Shown here piece after piece: positions 9,561 through 21,049 of a DNA stretch of 64,000 nt; the stretch's first letter is position 1, and every line of letters begins with the position of its first letter. The notes beneath the pieces are model-generated. The model ran no database searches and was not told the origin of the DNA. It was given only the letters and a program-made list of their open reading frames with translations. The translations under genes were made by a program, and so were the position numbers. Source of the DNA: Calditrichia bacterium (lineage in GTDB: Bacteria > Calditrichota > Calditrichia > JAJRVZ01); assembly GCA_963796965.1 (NCBI GenBank), contig CAWCNS010000008.1, forward strand, positions 128,001 through 192,000, written 5' to 3'.

Positions 9561-12500
9561 TCATTTAATCACCGCAAACTTACCTATCTTAACATCACCG
9601 GTCACCTTCGACTCCACATGATAAAGATAATAACCGGCTGCGATCTCCAGACCCTCCTTGCTCCGCAAATCCCAGTGTGCCGTACCGTTGGCAGATGAAT
9701 TAAGATCCCACTGACTGGTACGCCCACTCTCTGAATTATCCACATCTATCTCATCGATCAATACGCCACTGATAGTAAATATCCTGATTTTACACTGCGC
9801 CGGAATATGCGTAAACATGATTTGCCGCCGCTGATTGCGTTCCCAGTTCGCTACCGCGCCCTCCATCGTGTTTGTCACCACATAGGGATTCGGGACCACA
9901 CGAATATTTTTCATATCCTCCTTTAACTGAGATTTGTCCAGTTCATCACCCAGACCACCTACGGTAAACAGTACCGAATCAATATGATAAAAGGCCCGGT
10001 CAAAGTCGATCCGGTATACATCGTTAGTCTGCGGCATCTCATTCGATGCATTCGCATCCGTAAATTCTAACTGAAAAATGGTCCCGCACCACAGATGGTT
10101 ACCCGGAATCCGCGAATCGTCTTGCGAATGACCCACAAGTACATGATCAAACTCCGGATCATACTGTCCGTTGCCGTTTAGATCATTAACGACCATATCC
10201 AATATCGGATAGTTTCCCAGACTATCCGGAAACGTCTTATTGACCACATAAAAATTAAATGATTGATCCAACAGCGTCTGGGCTCTGGGTATGGTATTCC
10301 CAAACCGGTCTTCAATTAATGTCGATGGCGTAATATAATTTGTACGGGTAGTATACTCTGTCGGGTTATCCGTCCAGATAAACTCGTACTGCCAGGGAAA
10401 GTACTCATAGTTATTTACAGATGTATAAAAGCGTACCGGTGATTTGCCCACCACCCAACCGGAGTTGTCCGAACTGTATTTGGGCAAAACGGTCTGCATG
10501 CGGAAACGTAAACGCAGCCCTTCAAAAAGTTCGGTCGTAACATCACGCTGATCGGTTACAACCCAGTATGGACGGGTATCTGATGAATCAAAATTCGACC
10601 CGGACAGATCATCTTTGGTCTCATGATAAACCAGAGAATCTCCCAGCGTGATATCGTAGACAAAAATCTCATCATTGAAAAACTTTGCCTCATAGGGACT
10701 GCGGTAGCGGGTATTGGTTTGCAGTGGTTTAAAATGGTCATCGTTTACATTATATTTTAATTTATAGGTATGTCCCTTTTGAACAATGTCACGGTCAAAT
10801 ACATCAATAGTAATCGGCAGACGCTGGGCGGTCTCGGAAATATTATCCAAATCCAGATCAACGCCCTGCGACGGATAACCGGCAGCAAATTGAGCAGGCT
10901 TGACCACCGCCACATTCTGTGTGATCCGCCGGATCTCCTCGTTCTCATCGATCTCTAGAACAAAGGTATTCTCAGATGGCGATATCCCCCCACCCACTTC
11001 CGGCAGGCCATAATCATAGGCCACCAAGACATAATAATAGGTACGCCCATTCTGAACCGTATTATCGATAAACGAATGGCTGATGCCGCTATCATCGCCA
11101 AGATAATACTCGATGCCGTTGATCTCACCATAATCGGCAAATCCCTTGCGATCATCAATCAGATCACATTGATAAATCGCCTTACGTAAGGTCGGGCTAC
11201 CGTAACCATCGCTGATCGTTAAAGGATCGGCCATATAGGGATCGCTTGAACGAAAAAGTTTATAGCCTTCAAAATCGTTGATATTTTTCGCAAAACTATC
11301 CCGGGTCAGTTGATCCGACTTATCGTCCCAGCTCAGATATACCTTGCCGTCAGCAGGGTTAGCGGTCAGCTTGGGCATGAGTGGCGGTTGGGCAAAACGA
11401 TAATCAGTCTCATAGATCAGCTGGACGACTTCTTTTAGACGGAATAAGGCTGGTGCGCTGTGTTGTTCTGAATTCAAGCCGGCGAGAATTTCATAGGAAT
11501 GCAGCTCGGACATGGACACCCGTTCGGTAAGACCTTTATGAAGGGGGAACATACCAGAAGCAAAATGTTCCTTAAAATTCCGTGGTTCCATTTGTGCTTC
11601 GTCAAACAGGCCTTCGTAATGTAAATCAAATACTTTCTGATCATTTGACGCAGCATAACCGCTTATACCCCAATCTAAAACATATCTGAAAGAGGTCAGG
11701 CCGAGCATGTCTGATTCACTGACATCGGTTTCGGCAAAATTCGGTTCGGCAATACCTTCCACGCGGTCCGGACGGCCGTTGGCTTCCGTGCCATCGGCAT
11801 CAGGCCCGAAATAATTCAGATCAAAGGGACCCACACCATCTAATCCCACATCATCACCGATATTTTCATCGGGATCATATTCACCATTGTTATTTTTATC
11901 GACCCATTCCTGCCAGTCCTGGTCTTCATCCGCATCCCAATGCTCTTTCAGATCAGATTCTTTTAGATTATAAAAGCTAAGAAAGTTATTCAAATCAGTA
12001 ATCCCATCATAAGGGCCTATTTTTTGGGTTGCATCATTGTCCCGCGCCTCATCTACCAGACCATCCAAATCATTATCAAGGCCATCATTGGGTTTTCCCG
12101 GACTCTCAAGATAAGCGAGTCCATAAACACCCGGTTCCTTGCCGCCACCTACTGGTATCCCATCCAGATCCCACGAATAGCACATATTTAGTGGTTTATT
12201 ATAAAAAGCAATATCATCCGCATCCCTCAGATGATTCTCCCCCCACAGCATTATCGGTATATAAACCAAAATACATCTCTGGCAAATCATAATCGGAGAT
12301 ATTGGCGATGGTGTATTCCCAGAATATGGCATCATGGGCGGAGGGATTACTCCATTGGAATCCCCGTGTCTGGATACGGATGCCAATACCACCCCAGGGG
12401 AGACCTTTCTGAATGGTCACATCTGCTTTTTTATCACCTATAAAGACACCGGGTCTGGGATAATATTTTACCTGATCTTCCGGACCCAGATATTCCTGAT

Positions 12501-13116
12501 CATGGGCATCGTTGACCACAAAAAAACTTTCCAGATCGGCCTTCATAATCCCCCGGCCAAAACGGCCATTCCATTCACCCGGCCAGATCAATTTATTTCC
12601 ATTAATGGGCCCCGGCCAGCCCACAGGCGGCCAGGAATCTTCACGGTTGCTCATTGCCGGGGTTTCACTGAGCTCATCAAAATAACCAAATACAGGGTAC
12701 AACGCCCACTCTATTGTTCCGGTCGGATCCCTGTCCACGGATGCCGGTTCGCGAAAACTGGTTTGGCAATAAAATAAAGTATCCAGACTGGGGTGGCTGG
12801 CAATAATAGCCGGATCTGTTACCGGGATCGAGTCGTTTTCAAGATATACCCGCGCACCTATTATAATAGCAATGCCATCATGCATTTTTGTGCCATCCAG
12901 GGTATTTGGCCACTTAGAAGTGAACCAGTTTTTATGGTCACCTATTTCGGTGGTATTACGATAAAAAACTAAAACACGGTTGCCATTCATAAAGCCCGTA
13001 CGTTCTGCTGCAATATCCGAAGCAGGATCATCCGGTCCCTCGTAGGGACGACCCTGAGCAAAAAGACTCGTGGCAAAAATGCTGAATATAATTAATAAAA
13101 TAACTACCTTTATCAT
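9561..13116 (-). CDS. Large secreted protein paralog P5 (Ca-binding DxDxDG motifs, FN3-like domain, T9SS-CTD-like C-terminus); one +1 frameshift at ~12222-12244
   Basis: ORFs 12214-13116 and 9561-12392 join at GGESS/DADDIAFY into a protein colinear with intact P4. Confidence 0.85.
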
Positions 13117-13137
13117 TTATATCCTTTATTGGTTTCG

Positions 13138-13218
<81 letters not shown>

Positions 13219-16200
13219 TCATTTAATCACCGCAAACTTACCTATCTTAACATCACCGGTTTCTTTCGACTCCACATGATAAAGATAATAACCGGCAGCG
13301 ATCTCCAGACCCTCCTTGCTCCGCAAATCCCAGTGTGCCGTACCGTTGGCAGATGAATTAAGATCCCACTGACTGGTACGCCCACTCTCTGAATTATCCA
13401 CATCTATCTCATCGATCAATACGCCACTGATAGTAAATATCCGGATTTTACACTGCGCCGGAATATGCGTAAACATGATTTGCCGCCGCTGATTGCGTTC
13501 CCAGTTCGCTACCGCGCCCTCCATCGTGTTTGTCACCACATAGGGATTCGGGACCACACGAATATTTTTCATATCCTCCTTTAACTGAGATTTGTCCAGT
13601 TCATCACCCAGACCGCCTACGGTAAACAGTACCGAATCAATATGATAAAAGGCCCGGTCAAAGTCGATCCGGTATACATCGTTAGTCTGCGGCATCTCAT
13701 TCGATGCATTCGCATCCGTAAATTCTAACTGAAAAATGGTCCCGCACCACAGATGGTTACCCGGAATCCGCGAATCGTCTTGCGAATGACCCACAAGTAC
13801 ATGATCAAACTCCGGATCATACTGTCCGTTGCCGTTTAGATCATTAACGACCATATCCAATATCGGATAGTTTCCCAGACTATCCGGAAACGTCTTATTG
13901 ACCACATAAAAATTAAATGATTGATCCAACAGCGTCTGGGCTCTGGGTATGGTATTCCCAAACCGGTCTTCAATTAATGTCGATGGCGTAATATAATTTG
14001 TACGGGTAGTATACTCTGTCGGGTTATCCGTCCAGATAAACTCGTACTGCCAGGGAAAGTACTCATAGTTATTTACAGATGTATAAAAGCGTACCGGTGA
14101 TTTGCCCACCACCCAACCGGAGTTGTCCGAACTGTATTTGGGCAAAACGGTCTGCATGCGGAAACGTAAACGCAGCCCTTCAAAAAGTTCGGTCGTAACA
14201 TCACGCTGATCGGTTACAACCCAGTATGGACGGGTATCTGATGAATCAAAATTCGACCCGGACAGATCATCTTTGGTCTCATGATAAACCAGAGAATCTC
14301 CCAGGGTGATATCGTAGACAAAAATCTCATCATTGAAAAACTTTGCCTCATAGGGACTGCGGTAGCGGGTATTGGTTTGCAGTGGTTTAAAATGGTCATC
14401 GTTTACATTATATTTTAATTTATAGGTATGTCCCTTTTGAACAATGTCACGGTCAAATACATCAATAGTAATCGGCAGACGCTGGGCGGTCTCGGAAATA
14501 TTATCCAAATCCAGATCAACGCCCTGCGACGGATAACCGGCAGCAAATTGAGCAGGCTTGACCACCGCTACATTCTGTGTGATCCGCCGGATCTCCTCGT
14601 TCTCATCGATCTCTAGAACAAAGGTATTCTCAGATGGCGATATCCCCCCACCCACTTCCGGCAGGCCATAATCATAGGCCACCAAGACATAATAATAGGT
14701 ACGCCCATTCTGAACCGTATTATCGATAAACGAATGGCTGATGCCGCTATCATCGCCAAGATAATACTCGATGCCGTTGATCTCGCCATAATCGGCAAAT
14801 CCCTTGCGATCATCAATCAGATCGCATTGATAAATCGCCTTACGCAGAGTGGCGCTGCCGTAACCATCGCTGATCGTTAAAGGATCGGCCATATAGGGAT
14901 CGCTTGAACGAAAAAGTTTATAGCCTTCAAAATCGTTGATATTTTTCGCAAAACTATCCCGGGTCAGTTGATCCGACTTATCGTCCCAGCTCAGATATAC
15001 CTTGCCGTCAGCAGGGTTAGCGGTCAGTTTGGGCATGAGTGGCGGTTGGGCAAAACGATAATCAGTCTCGTAGATCAGCTGGACGACTTCTTTTAGACGG
15101 AATAAGGCTGGTGCGCTGTGTTGTTCTGAATTCAAGCCGGCGAGAATTTCATAGGAATGCAGTTCAGAAATTGAAATACGTTCGGTAAGACCTTTGTGAA
15201 GGGGAAAAATGCCGGAAGCAAAATGTTCTAGAAAATTACGTGGTGACATCTGTGCTTCATCAAATTCACCCTCAAGATGCAACTCAAATATTTTTTGATC
15301 ATTCACCATGCTATATCCCCGGTCACTCCAGTCTAAAATATATCGAAAGGAGGTAAGACCTAGCATATCCGACTCACTGACATCGGTTTCAGCAAAATTG
15401 GGTTCTGCAATGCCTTCTACCCGGTCCGGACGGCCATTTGCTTCCGTGCCATCGGCATCAGGCCCGTAATAGTTCAGATCAAAGGGACCGACACCATCTA
15501 ATCCCACATCATCGCCAATATTTTCATCGGGATCATATTCACCATTGTTATTTTTATCGACCCATTCCTGCCAGTCCTGGTCTTCATCAGCATCCCAATG
15601 TTCTTTTAAATCGGATTCTTCTAGATTATAAAAGCTAAGAAAGTTATTCAAATCAGCAATCCCATCATAAGGGCCTATTTTTTGGGTTGCATCATTGTCC
15701 CGCGCCTCATCTACCAGACCATCCAAATCATTATCAAGACCATCATTGGGTTTTCCCGGACTCTCCAGGTAAGCCACACCATAGACACCGGGCTCCTTAC
15801 CGCCGCCCACCGGTATCCCATCCAGATCCCACGAATAGCACATATTTAGTGGTTTATTATAAAAAGCGATATCATCCCCATCTCCTGCTGATTCACCACC
15901 CACAGCATTGTCTGTCATCACCCCAAAATACATTTCCGGTAAATCATAGTCCGAAATATTGGCCATGGTATATTCCCAGAATATGGCGTCATGGGCAGAA
16001 GGATTACTCCATTGAAATCCCCTGGTTTGAACACGGATTCCCAGACCACCCCAGGGCAGCCCTTTCTGAATCGTCACATCCCCTTTTTTATCACCTATTT
16101 TAACATCAGGCCGGGGATAATATTTTACCTGATCTTCCGGTCCCAGATATTCCTGGTCATGAGCGTCATTTACAACAAAAAAACTCTCTAAATCCGCCTT

Positions 16201-16761
16201 CATCACCCCGCGCCCAAATCGGCCGTTCCATTCTCCCGGCCATATGGTTCCGTTATTGGGTCCTGGCCAGCCCTCAGGCGGCCAGGAATCTTCCCGGTTA
16301 CTCATCGCTGGCGTTTCGCTTAATTCATCAAAGTAACCAAATACGGGATAGAAACCCCATTCTACCGTACCGGTTGGATCTCTATCCATTAACAAACGAA
16401 AACTGGTTTGGCAATAATATAACGTATCCAGATCTGTTCGGGATGCAATTTCAACAGGATCAGTTACAGGGCTGGTGAGGTCCTCAAGATAAACACGGGC
16501 GCCGATGAGCAGACAAATACCATCATGCATTTTCGTGCCATCAAGGGTATTTGGCCATTTGGAACTAAACCAGGAAACATGGTCTCCCTGTTCTGTCGTA
16601 TTACGATAGAAGACTAAAACGCGGTTACCATTCATAAAACCTGAACGTTCCGCCGCGATATCTGAAGCCGGGTCATCAGGCCCCTCATAGAGACGGCCCT
16701 GAGCAAAAAGGTTTGCAGAGAAAAGGGTGTATATAATAATTAAATATTTAATAGGTTTCAT
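13219..16761 (-). CDS. Large secreted protein paralog P4 (1180 aa, intact)
   Basis: Signal peptide ending LFA-Q; DGLDNDLDGLVDE and DKNNNGEYD motifs; FN3-like PKLTANPADGKVYLSWD...NGRTYYYVLVAYD; CTD-like IRVVPNPY...WDLRSKEG...GYYLYHVE...GKFAVIK. Confidence 0.9.
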   Translation of the reverse strand: MKPIKYLIIIYTLFSANLFAQGRLYEGPDDPASDIAAERSGFMNGNRVLVFYRNTTEQGDHVSWFSSKWPNTLDGTKMHDGICLLIGARVYLEDLTSPVTDPVEIASRTDLDTLYYCQTSFRLLMDRDPTGTVEWGFYPVFGYFDELSETPAMSNREDSWPPEGWPGPNNGTIWPGEWNGRFGRGVMKADLESFFVVNDAHDQEYLGPEDQVKYYPRPDVKIGDKKGDVTIQKGLPWGGLGIRVQTRGFQWSNPSAHDAIFWEYTMANISDYDLPEMYFGVMTDNAVGGESAGDGDDIAFYNKPLNMCYSWDLDGIPVGGGKEPGVYGVAYLESPGKPNDGLDNDLDGLVDEARDNDATQKIGPYDGIADLNNFLSFYNLEESDLKEHWDADEDQDWQEWVDKNNNGEYDPDENIGDDVGLDGVGPFDLNYYGPDADGTEANGRPDRVEGIAEPNFAETDVSESDMLGLTSFRYILDWSDRGYSMVNDQKIFELHLEGEFDEAQMSPRNFLEHFASGIFPLHKGLTERISISELHSYEILAGLNSEQHSAPALFRLKEVVQLIYETDYRFAQPPLMPKLTANPADGKVYLSWDDKSDQLTRDSFAKNINDFEGYKLFRSSDPYMADPLTISDGYGSATLRKAIYQCDLIDDRKGFADYGEINGIEYYLGDDSGISHSFIDNTVQNGRTYYYVLVAYDYGLPEVGGGISPSENTFVLEIDENEEIRRITQNVAVVKPAQFAAGYPSQGVDLDLDNISETAQRLPITIDVFDRDIVQKGHTYKLKYNVNDDHFKPLQTNTRYRSPYEAKFFNDEIFVYDITLGDSLVYHETKDDLSGSNFDSSDTRPYWVVTDQRDVTTELFEGLRLRFRMQTVLPKYSSDNSGWVVGKSPVRFYTSVNNYEYFPWQYEFIWTDNPTEYTTRTNYITPSTLIEDRFGNTIPRAQTLLDQSFNFYVVNKTFPDSLGNYPILDMVVNDLNGNGQYDPEFDHVLVGHSQDDSRIPGNHLWCGTIFQLEFTDANASNEMPQTNDVYRIDFDRAFYHIDSVLFTVGGLGDELDKSQLKEDMKNIRVVPNPYVVTNTMEGAVANWERNQRRQIMFTHIPAQCKIRIFTISGVLIDEIDVDNSESGRTSQWDLNSSANGTAHWDLRSKEGLEIAAGYYLYHVESKETGDVKIGKFAVIK

Positions 16762-16786
16762 TTTTTTCCTTTACACTAGTATTAAA

Positions 16787-16841
16787 GGTAATTAGTGTAT
16801 TGGGTAATTAGGTTATTAGGTAATTGACAAACAAGGTAATT
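16787..16841. repeat. 8-mer array arm (GGTAATTR) flanking the four-helix-bundle gene
   Basis: ggtaattagtgtattgggtaattaggttattaggtaattg. Confidence 0.8.
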
Positions 16842-17277
16842 ACTTCTTCAATTTATTTATATAGCCGATATAACCATTTAATGTTTTTAATGCTGATTCG
16901 ATTTCTTGTGCTCCCTTTTCGTAAGTTGATAAAGTGATATAGTTTAAATCATAACAAGTAATTAAGTGATCCTTGAGTTCAAACATTGAACCGCGTGAAA
17001 TTCTATAAAACTGAATCGATTCCTTAAAATGAAACCTACCATAACCTTCTGCGATATTAGCTGTGCAACTAACAGATGCATTCCTTATCTGCGACCCTAA
17101 ATAATACATTTCTTCTTTTGGTAAACGAGGGAGTACTTTCTGGTAAAAAGACAACTTAACTTCTCTCGCCAATTTCCAGCATTCTAAAGTAGTAAATTCT
17201 TTATAAACTTTATACGCTCCACCATCATCAGCCACTTTATAAACAATGCTATTTTGATCTTTAAAACTTTTCACCAA
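16840..17277 (-). CDS. Four helix bundle protein (TIGR02436 / 23S rRNA IVP family)
   Basis: FTTLECWKLAREV...LPKEEMYYLGSQIRNASVSCTANIAEGYGRFHFKESIQFYRISRGSMFEL...DLNYI; start codon uncertain. Confidence 0.9.
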   Translation of the reverse strand: MVKSFKDQNSIVYKVADDGGAYKVYKEFTTLECWKLAREVKLSFYQKVLPRLPKEEMYYLGSQIRNASVSCTANIAEGYGRFHFKESIQFYRISRGSMFELKDHLITCYDLNYITLSTYEKGAQEIESALKTLNGYIGYINKLKK

Positions 17278-17343
17278 ATCACCTAATCACCCTGATACCT
17301 TATGACCTAATTACCCAATTACCTTCTTACCCAATTACCTAAA
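17275..17343. repeat. 8-mer array arm (YAATTACC), inverted partner of 16787-16841
   Basis: caaatcacctaatcaccctgataccttatgacctaattacccaattaccttcttacccaattacctaaa. Confidence 0.85.
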
Positions 17344-20300
17344 TCATTTAATCACCGCAAACTTACCTATCTTAACATCACCGGTTACTTTCGACTCCAC
17401 ATGATAAAGATAATAACCGGCAGCGATCTCCAGACCCTCCTTGCTCCGCAAATCCCAGTGTGCCGTACCGTTGGCAGATGAATTAAGATCCCACTGACTG
17501 GTACGCCCACTCTCTGAATTATCCACATCTATCTCATCGATCAATACGCCACTGATAGTAAATATCCGGATTTTACACTGCGCCGGAATATGCGTAAACA
17601 TGATTTGTCGTTCTTGATTACGATCCCAGTTCGCTACCGCGCCCTCCATCGTGTTTGTCACCACATAGGGATTCGGAACCACACGAATATTTTTCATATC
17701 CTCCTTTAACTGAGATTTGTCCAGTTCATCACCCAGACCGCCTACGGTAAACAGTACCGAATCAATATGATAAAAGGCCCGGTCAAAGTCGATCCGGTAT
17801 ACATCGTTAGTCTGCGGCATCTCATTCGATGCACTCGCATCCGTAAATTCTAACTGAAAAATGGTCCCGCACCACAGATGGTTACCCGGAATCCGCGAAT
17901 CGTCCTGCGAATGACCCACAAGTACATGATCAAACTCCGGATCATACTGTCCGTTGCCGTTTAGATCATTAACGACCATATCCAATATCGGATAGTTTCC
18001 CAGACTATCCGGAAAGGTCTTATTGACCACATAAAAATTAAATGATTGATCCAACAGCGTCTGGGCTCTGGGTATGGTATTCCCAAACCGGTCTTCAATT
18101 AATGTCGATGGCGTAATATAATTTGTACGGGTAGTATACTCTGTCGGGTTATCCGTCCAGATAAACTCGTACTGCCAGGGAAAGTACTCATAGTTATTTA
18201 CAGATGTATAAAAGCGTACCGGTGATTTGCCCACCACCCAACCGGAGTTGTCCGAACTGTATTTGGGCAAAACGGTCTGCATGCGGAAACGTAAACGCAG
18301 CCCTTCAAATAGTTCGGTCGTAACATCACGCTGATCGGTTACAACCCAGTATGGACGGGTATCTGATGAATCAAAATTCGACCCGGACAGATCATCTTTG
18401 GTCTCATGATAAACCAGAGAATCTCCCAGCGTGATATCGTATACAAAAATCTCATCATTGAAAAACTTTGCCTCATAGGGACTGCGGTAGCGGGTATTGG
18501 TTTGCAGTGGTTTAAAATGGTCATCGTTTACATTATATTTTAATTTATAGGTATGTCCCTTTTGAACAATGTCACGGTCAAATACATCAATAGTAATCGG
18601 CAGACGCTGGGCGGTCTCGGAAATATTATCCGAATCCACATCAACGCCCTGCGACGGATAACCGGCAGCAAATTGAGCAGGCTTGACCACCGCCACATTC
18701 TGTGTGATCCGCCGGATCTCCTCGTTCTCATCGATCTCTAGAACAAAGGTATTCTCAGATGGCGATATCCCCCCACCCACTTCCGGCAGGCCATAATCAT
18801 AGGCCACCAGGACATAATAATAGGTACGGCCATTCTGAACCGTATTATCGATAAACGAATGGCTGATGCCGCTATCATCGCCAAGATAATACTCGATGCC
18901 GTTGATCTCACCGTAATCGGCAAATCCCTTGCGATCATCAATCAGATCACATTGATAAATCGCCTTACGTAAAGTCGGGCTGCCGTAACCATCGGTAATA
19001 ATCATCGGATCGGCGATATATGGATCGCTTGAACGAAAAAGTTTATAGCCTTCAAAATCGTTGATATTTTTTGCAAAACTGTCCCGGGTCAGTTGATCCG
19101 ACTTATCGTCCCAGCTCAGATATACCTTGCCGTCAGCAGGGTTAGCGGTCAGTTTGGGCATGAGTGGCGGTTGGGCAAAACGATAATCTGTCTCATAGAT
19201 CAGCTGGACGACTTCTTTTAGACGGAATAAGGCTGGTGCACTGTGTTGTTCTGAATTCAAGCCGGCGAGAATTTCATAGGAATGCAGTTCAGACATGGAA
19301 ATCCTTTCGGTCAGCCCTTTATGAAGCGGAAAGAGACCGGAAGCAAATTGTTCCACAAAATTCCGCGGCTCCATCTGGGCCTCATCAAATTCACCTTTAC
19401 TATGTAATTCAAATAAATTTTGATCCGCAGCAACACCATAAAAATCTCCACCCCAGTTAAAAATATATTTAAACGAAGTTAATCCTAACATATCGGATTC
19501 ACTGACATCGGTTTCAGCAAAATTGGGTTCGGCAATGCCTTCTATCCGGTCCGGACGGCCATTTGCTTCCGTGCCATCGGCATCAGGCCCGTAATAGTTC
19601 AGATCAAAGGGACCGACACCATCTAATCCCACATCATCACCAATATTTTCATCGGGATCATATTCACCATTGTTATTTTTATCGACCCATTCCTGCCAGT
19701 CCTGGTCTTCATCCGCATCCCAATGCTCTTTCAAATCGGATTCTTCTAGATTATAAAAGCTAAGAAAGTTATTCAAATCAGTAATCCCATCATAAGGGCC
19801 AATTTTTTGGGTTGCATCATTGTCCCGCGCCTCATCTACCAGACCATCCAAATCATTATCAATGCCATCATTGGGTATACCAGGACTTTCCAGATAGGCC
19901 AGGGCATAGACCCCCGGCTCCTTACCGCCACCCACCGGTATCCCATCAAGATCCCATGCATAACACATATTTAATTCTTTATTATAAAATGCAATATCAT
20001 CCGCACCACTCAGATGATTCTCCCCCCACAGCATTATCGGTATATAATCCAAAATACATTTCCGGTAAATCATAATCCGAAATATTGGCGATGGTATATT
20101 CCCAGAAAATGGCATCATGGGCGGAAGGATTACTCCACTGAAAGCCCCGTGTCTGGATACGGATTCCAATGCCGCCCCAGGGCAGACCTTTCTGAATGGT
20201 CACATCCGCTTTTTTATCACCAATTAATAACACCAGGCCGGGGATAATATTTTACCTGATCTTCCGGTCCCAGATATTCCTGGTCCTGGGCATCATTGAC

Positions 20301-20892
20301 TATAAAAAAACTTTCCTGATCGGCTTTCAGGACCCCGCGCCAAACGGCCGTTCCATTCTCCCGGCCATATTAAACGTTTCCATTATCGGGTCCCGGCCAG
20401 CCCACATGGCGGCCAGGAATCTTCCCGGTTACTCATCGCCGGGGTTTCGCTCAATTCATCAAAATAGCCAAAAACGGGATAAAGACCCCACTCTACCGTA
20501 CCGGTTGGATCTCTATCCATATGCTCACGATAGCTGGACTGACAATAATATAAGGTATCCAGGTCCGTTCGGGATGCAATTTCAACAGGATCGGTTACCG
20601 GTATAGAATCATTTTCAATATAGACACGGGCGCCAACTAATAAGGCAATTCCATCATGCATTTTTGTGCCATCAAGGGTATTTGGCCATTTGGAACTAAA
20701 CCAGGAAACATGTGCACCCTGTTCTGTCGTGTTCCGGTAATAGAGCAGAACCCGATTGCCGCTCATAAAACCGGCACGCTCTGCGGCAATATCTCCGGCA
20801 GGATCATCAGGCCCCTCATAAGGCCGTCCCTGGGCAAACAGATTCGTAGAGAAAAGGGTGTATGCAATTAGTAAATAGATTAAATGTCTCAT
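17344..20892 (-). CDS. Large secreted protein paralog P3; several frameshifts at ~20005-20030 and ~20225-20410 (assembly errors or pseudogene)
   Basis: ORFs 20383-20892, 19997-20233 and 17344-20169 are successive pieces colinear with P4. Confidence 0.8.
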
Positions 20893-20925
20893 TTTTTTCC
20901 TCTATGTTTTATATAAAAGTATTTT

Positions 20926-21049
20926 GGTTATCAGGTAATTGGGTAATTTGGTAATTAGGTTATTAGGTAATTGGGTAATCGGTAATATCCTAATTACCCT
21001 GTTACCCTGTTACCCAATTACCCAATTACCCGGTTTCCTAACCACCTAA
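20926..21049. repeat. Empty inverted 8-mer array (GGTAATTR / YAATTACC)
   Basis: ggtaattgggtaatttggtaattaggttattaggtaattgggtaatc ... cctaattaccctgttaccctgttacccaattacccaattacc. Confidence 0.9.
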
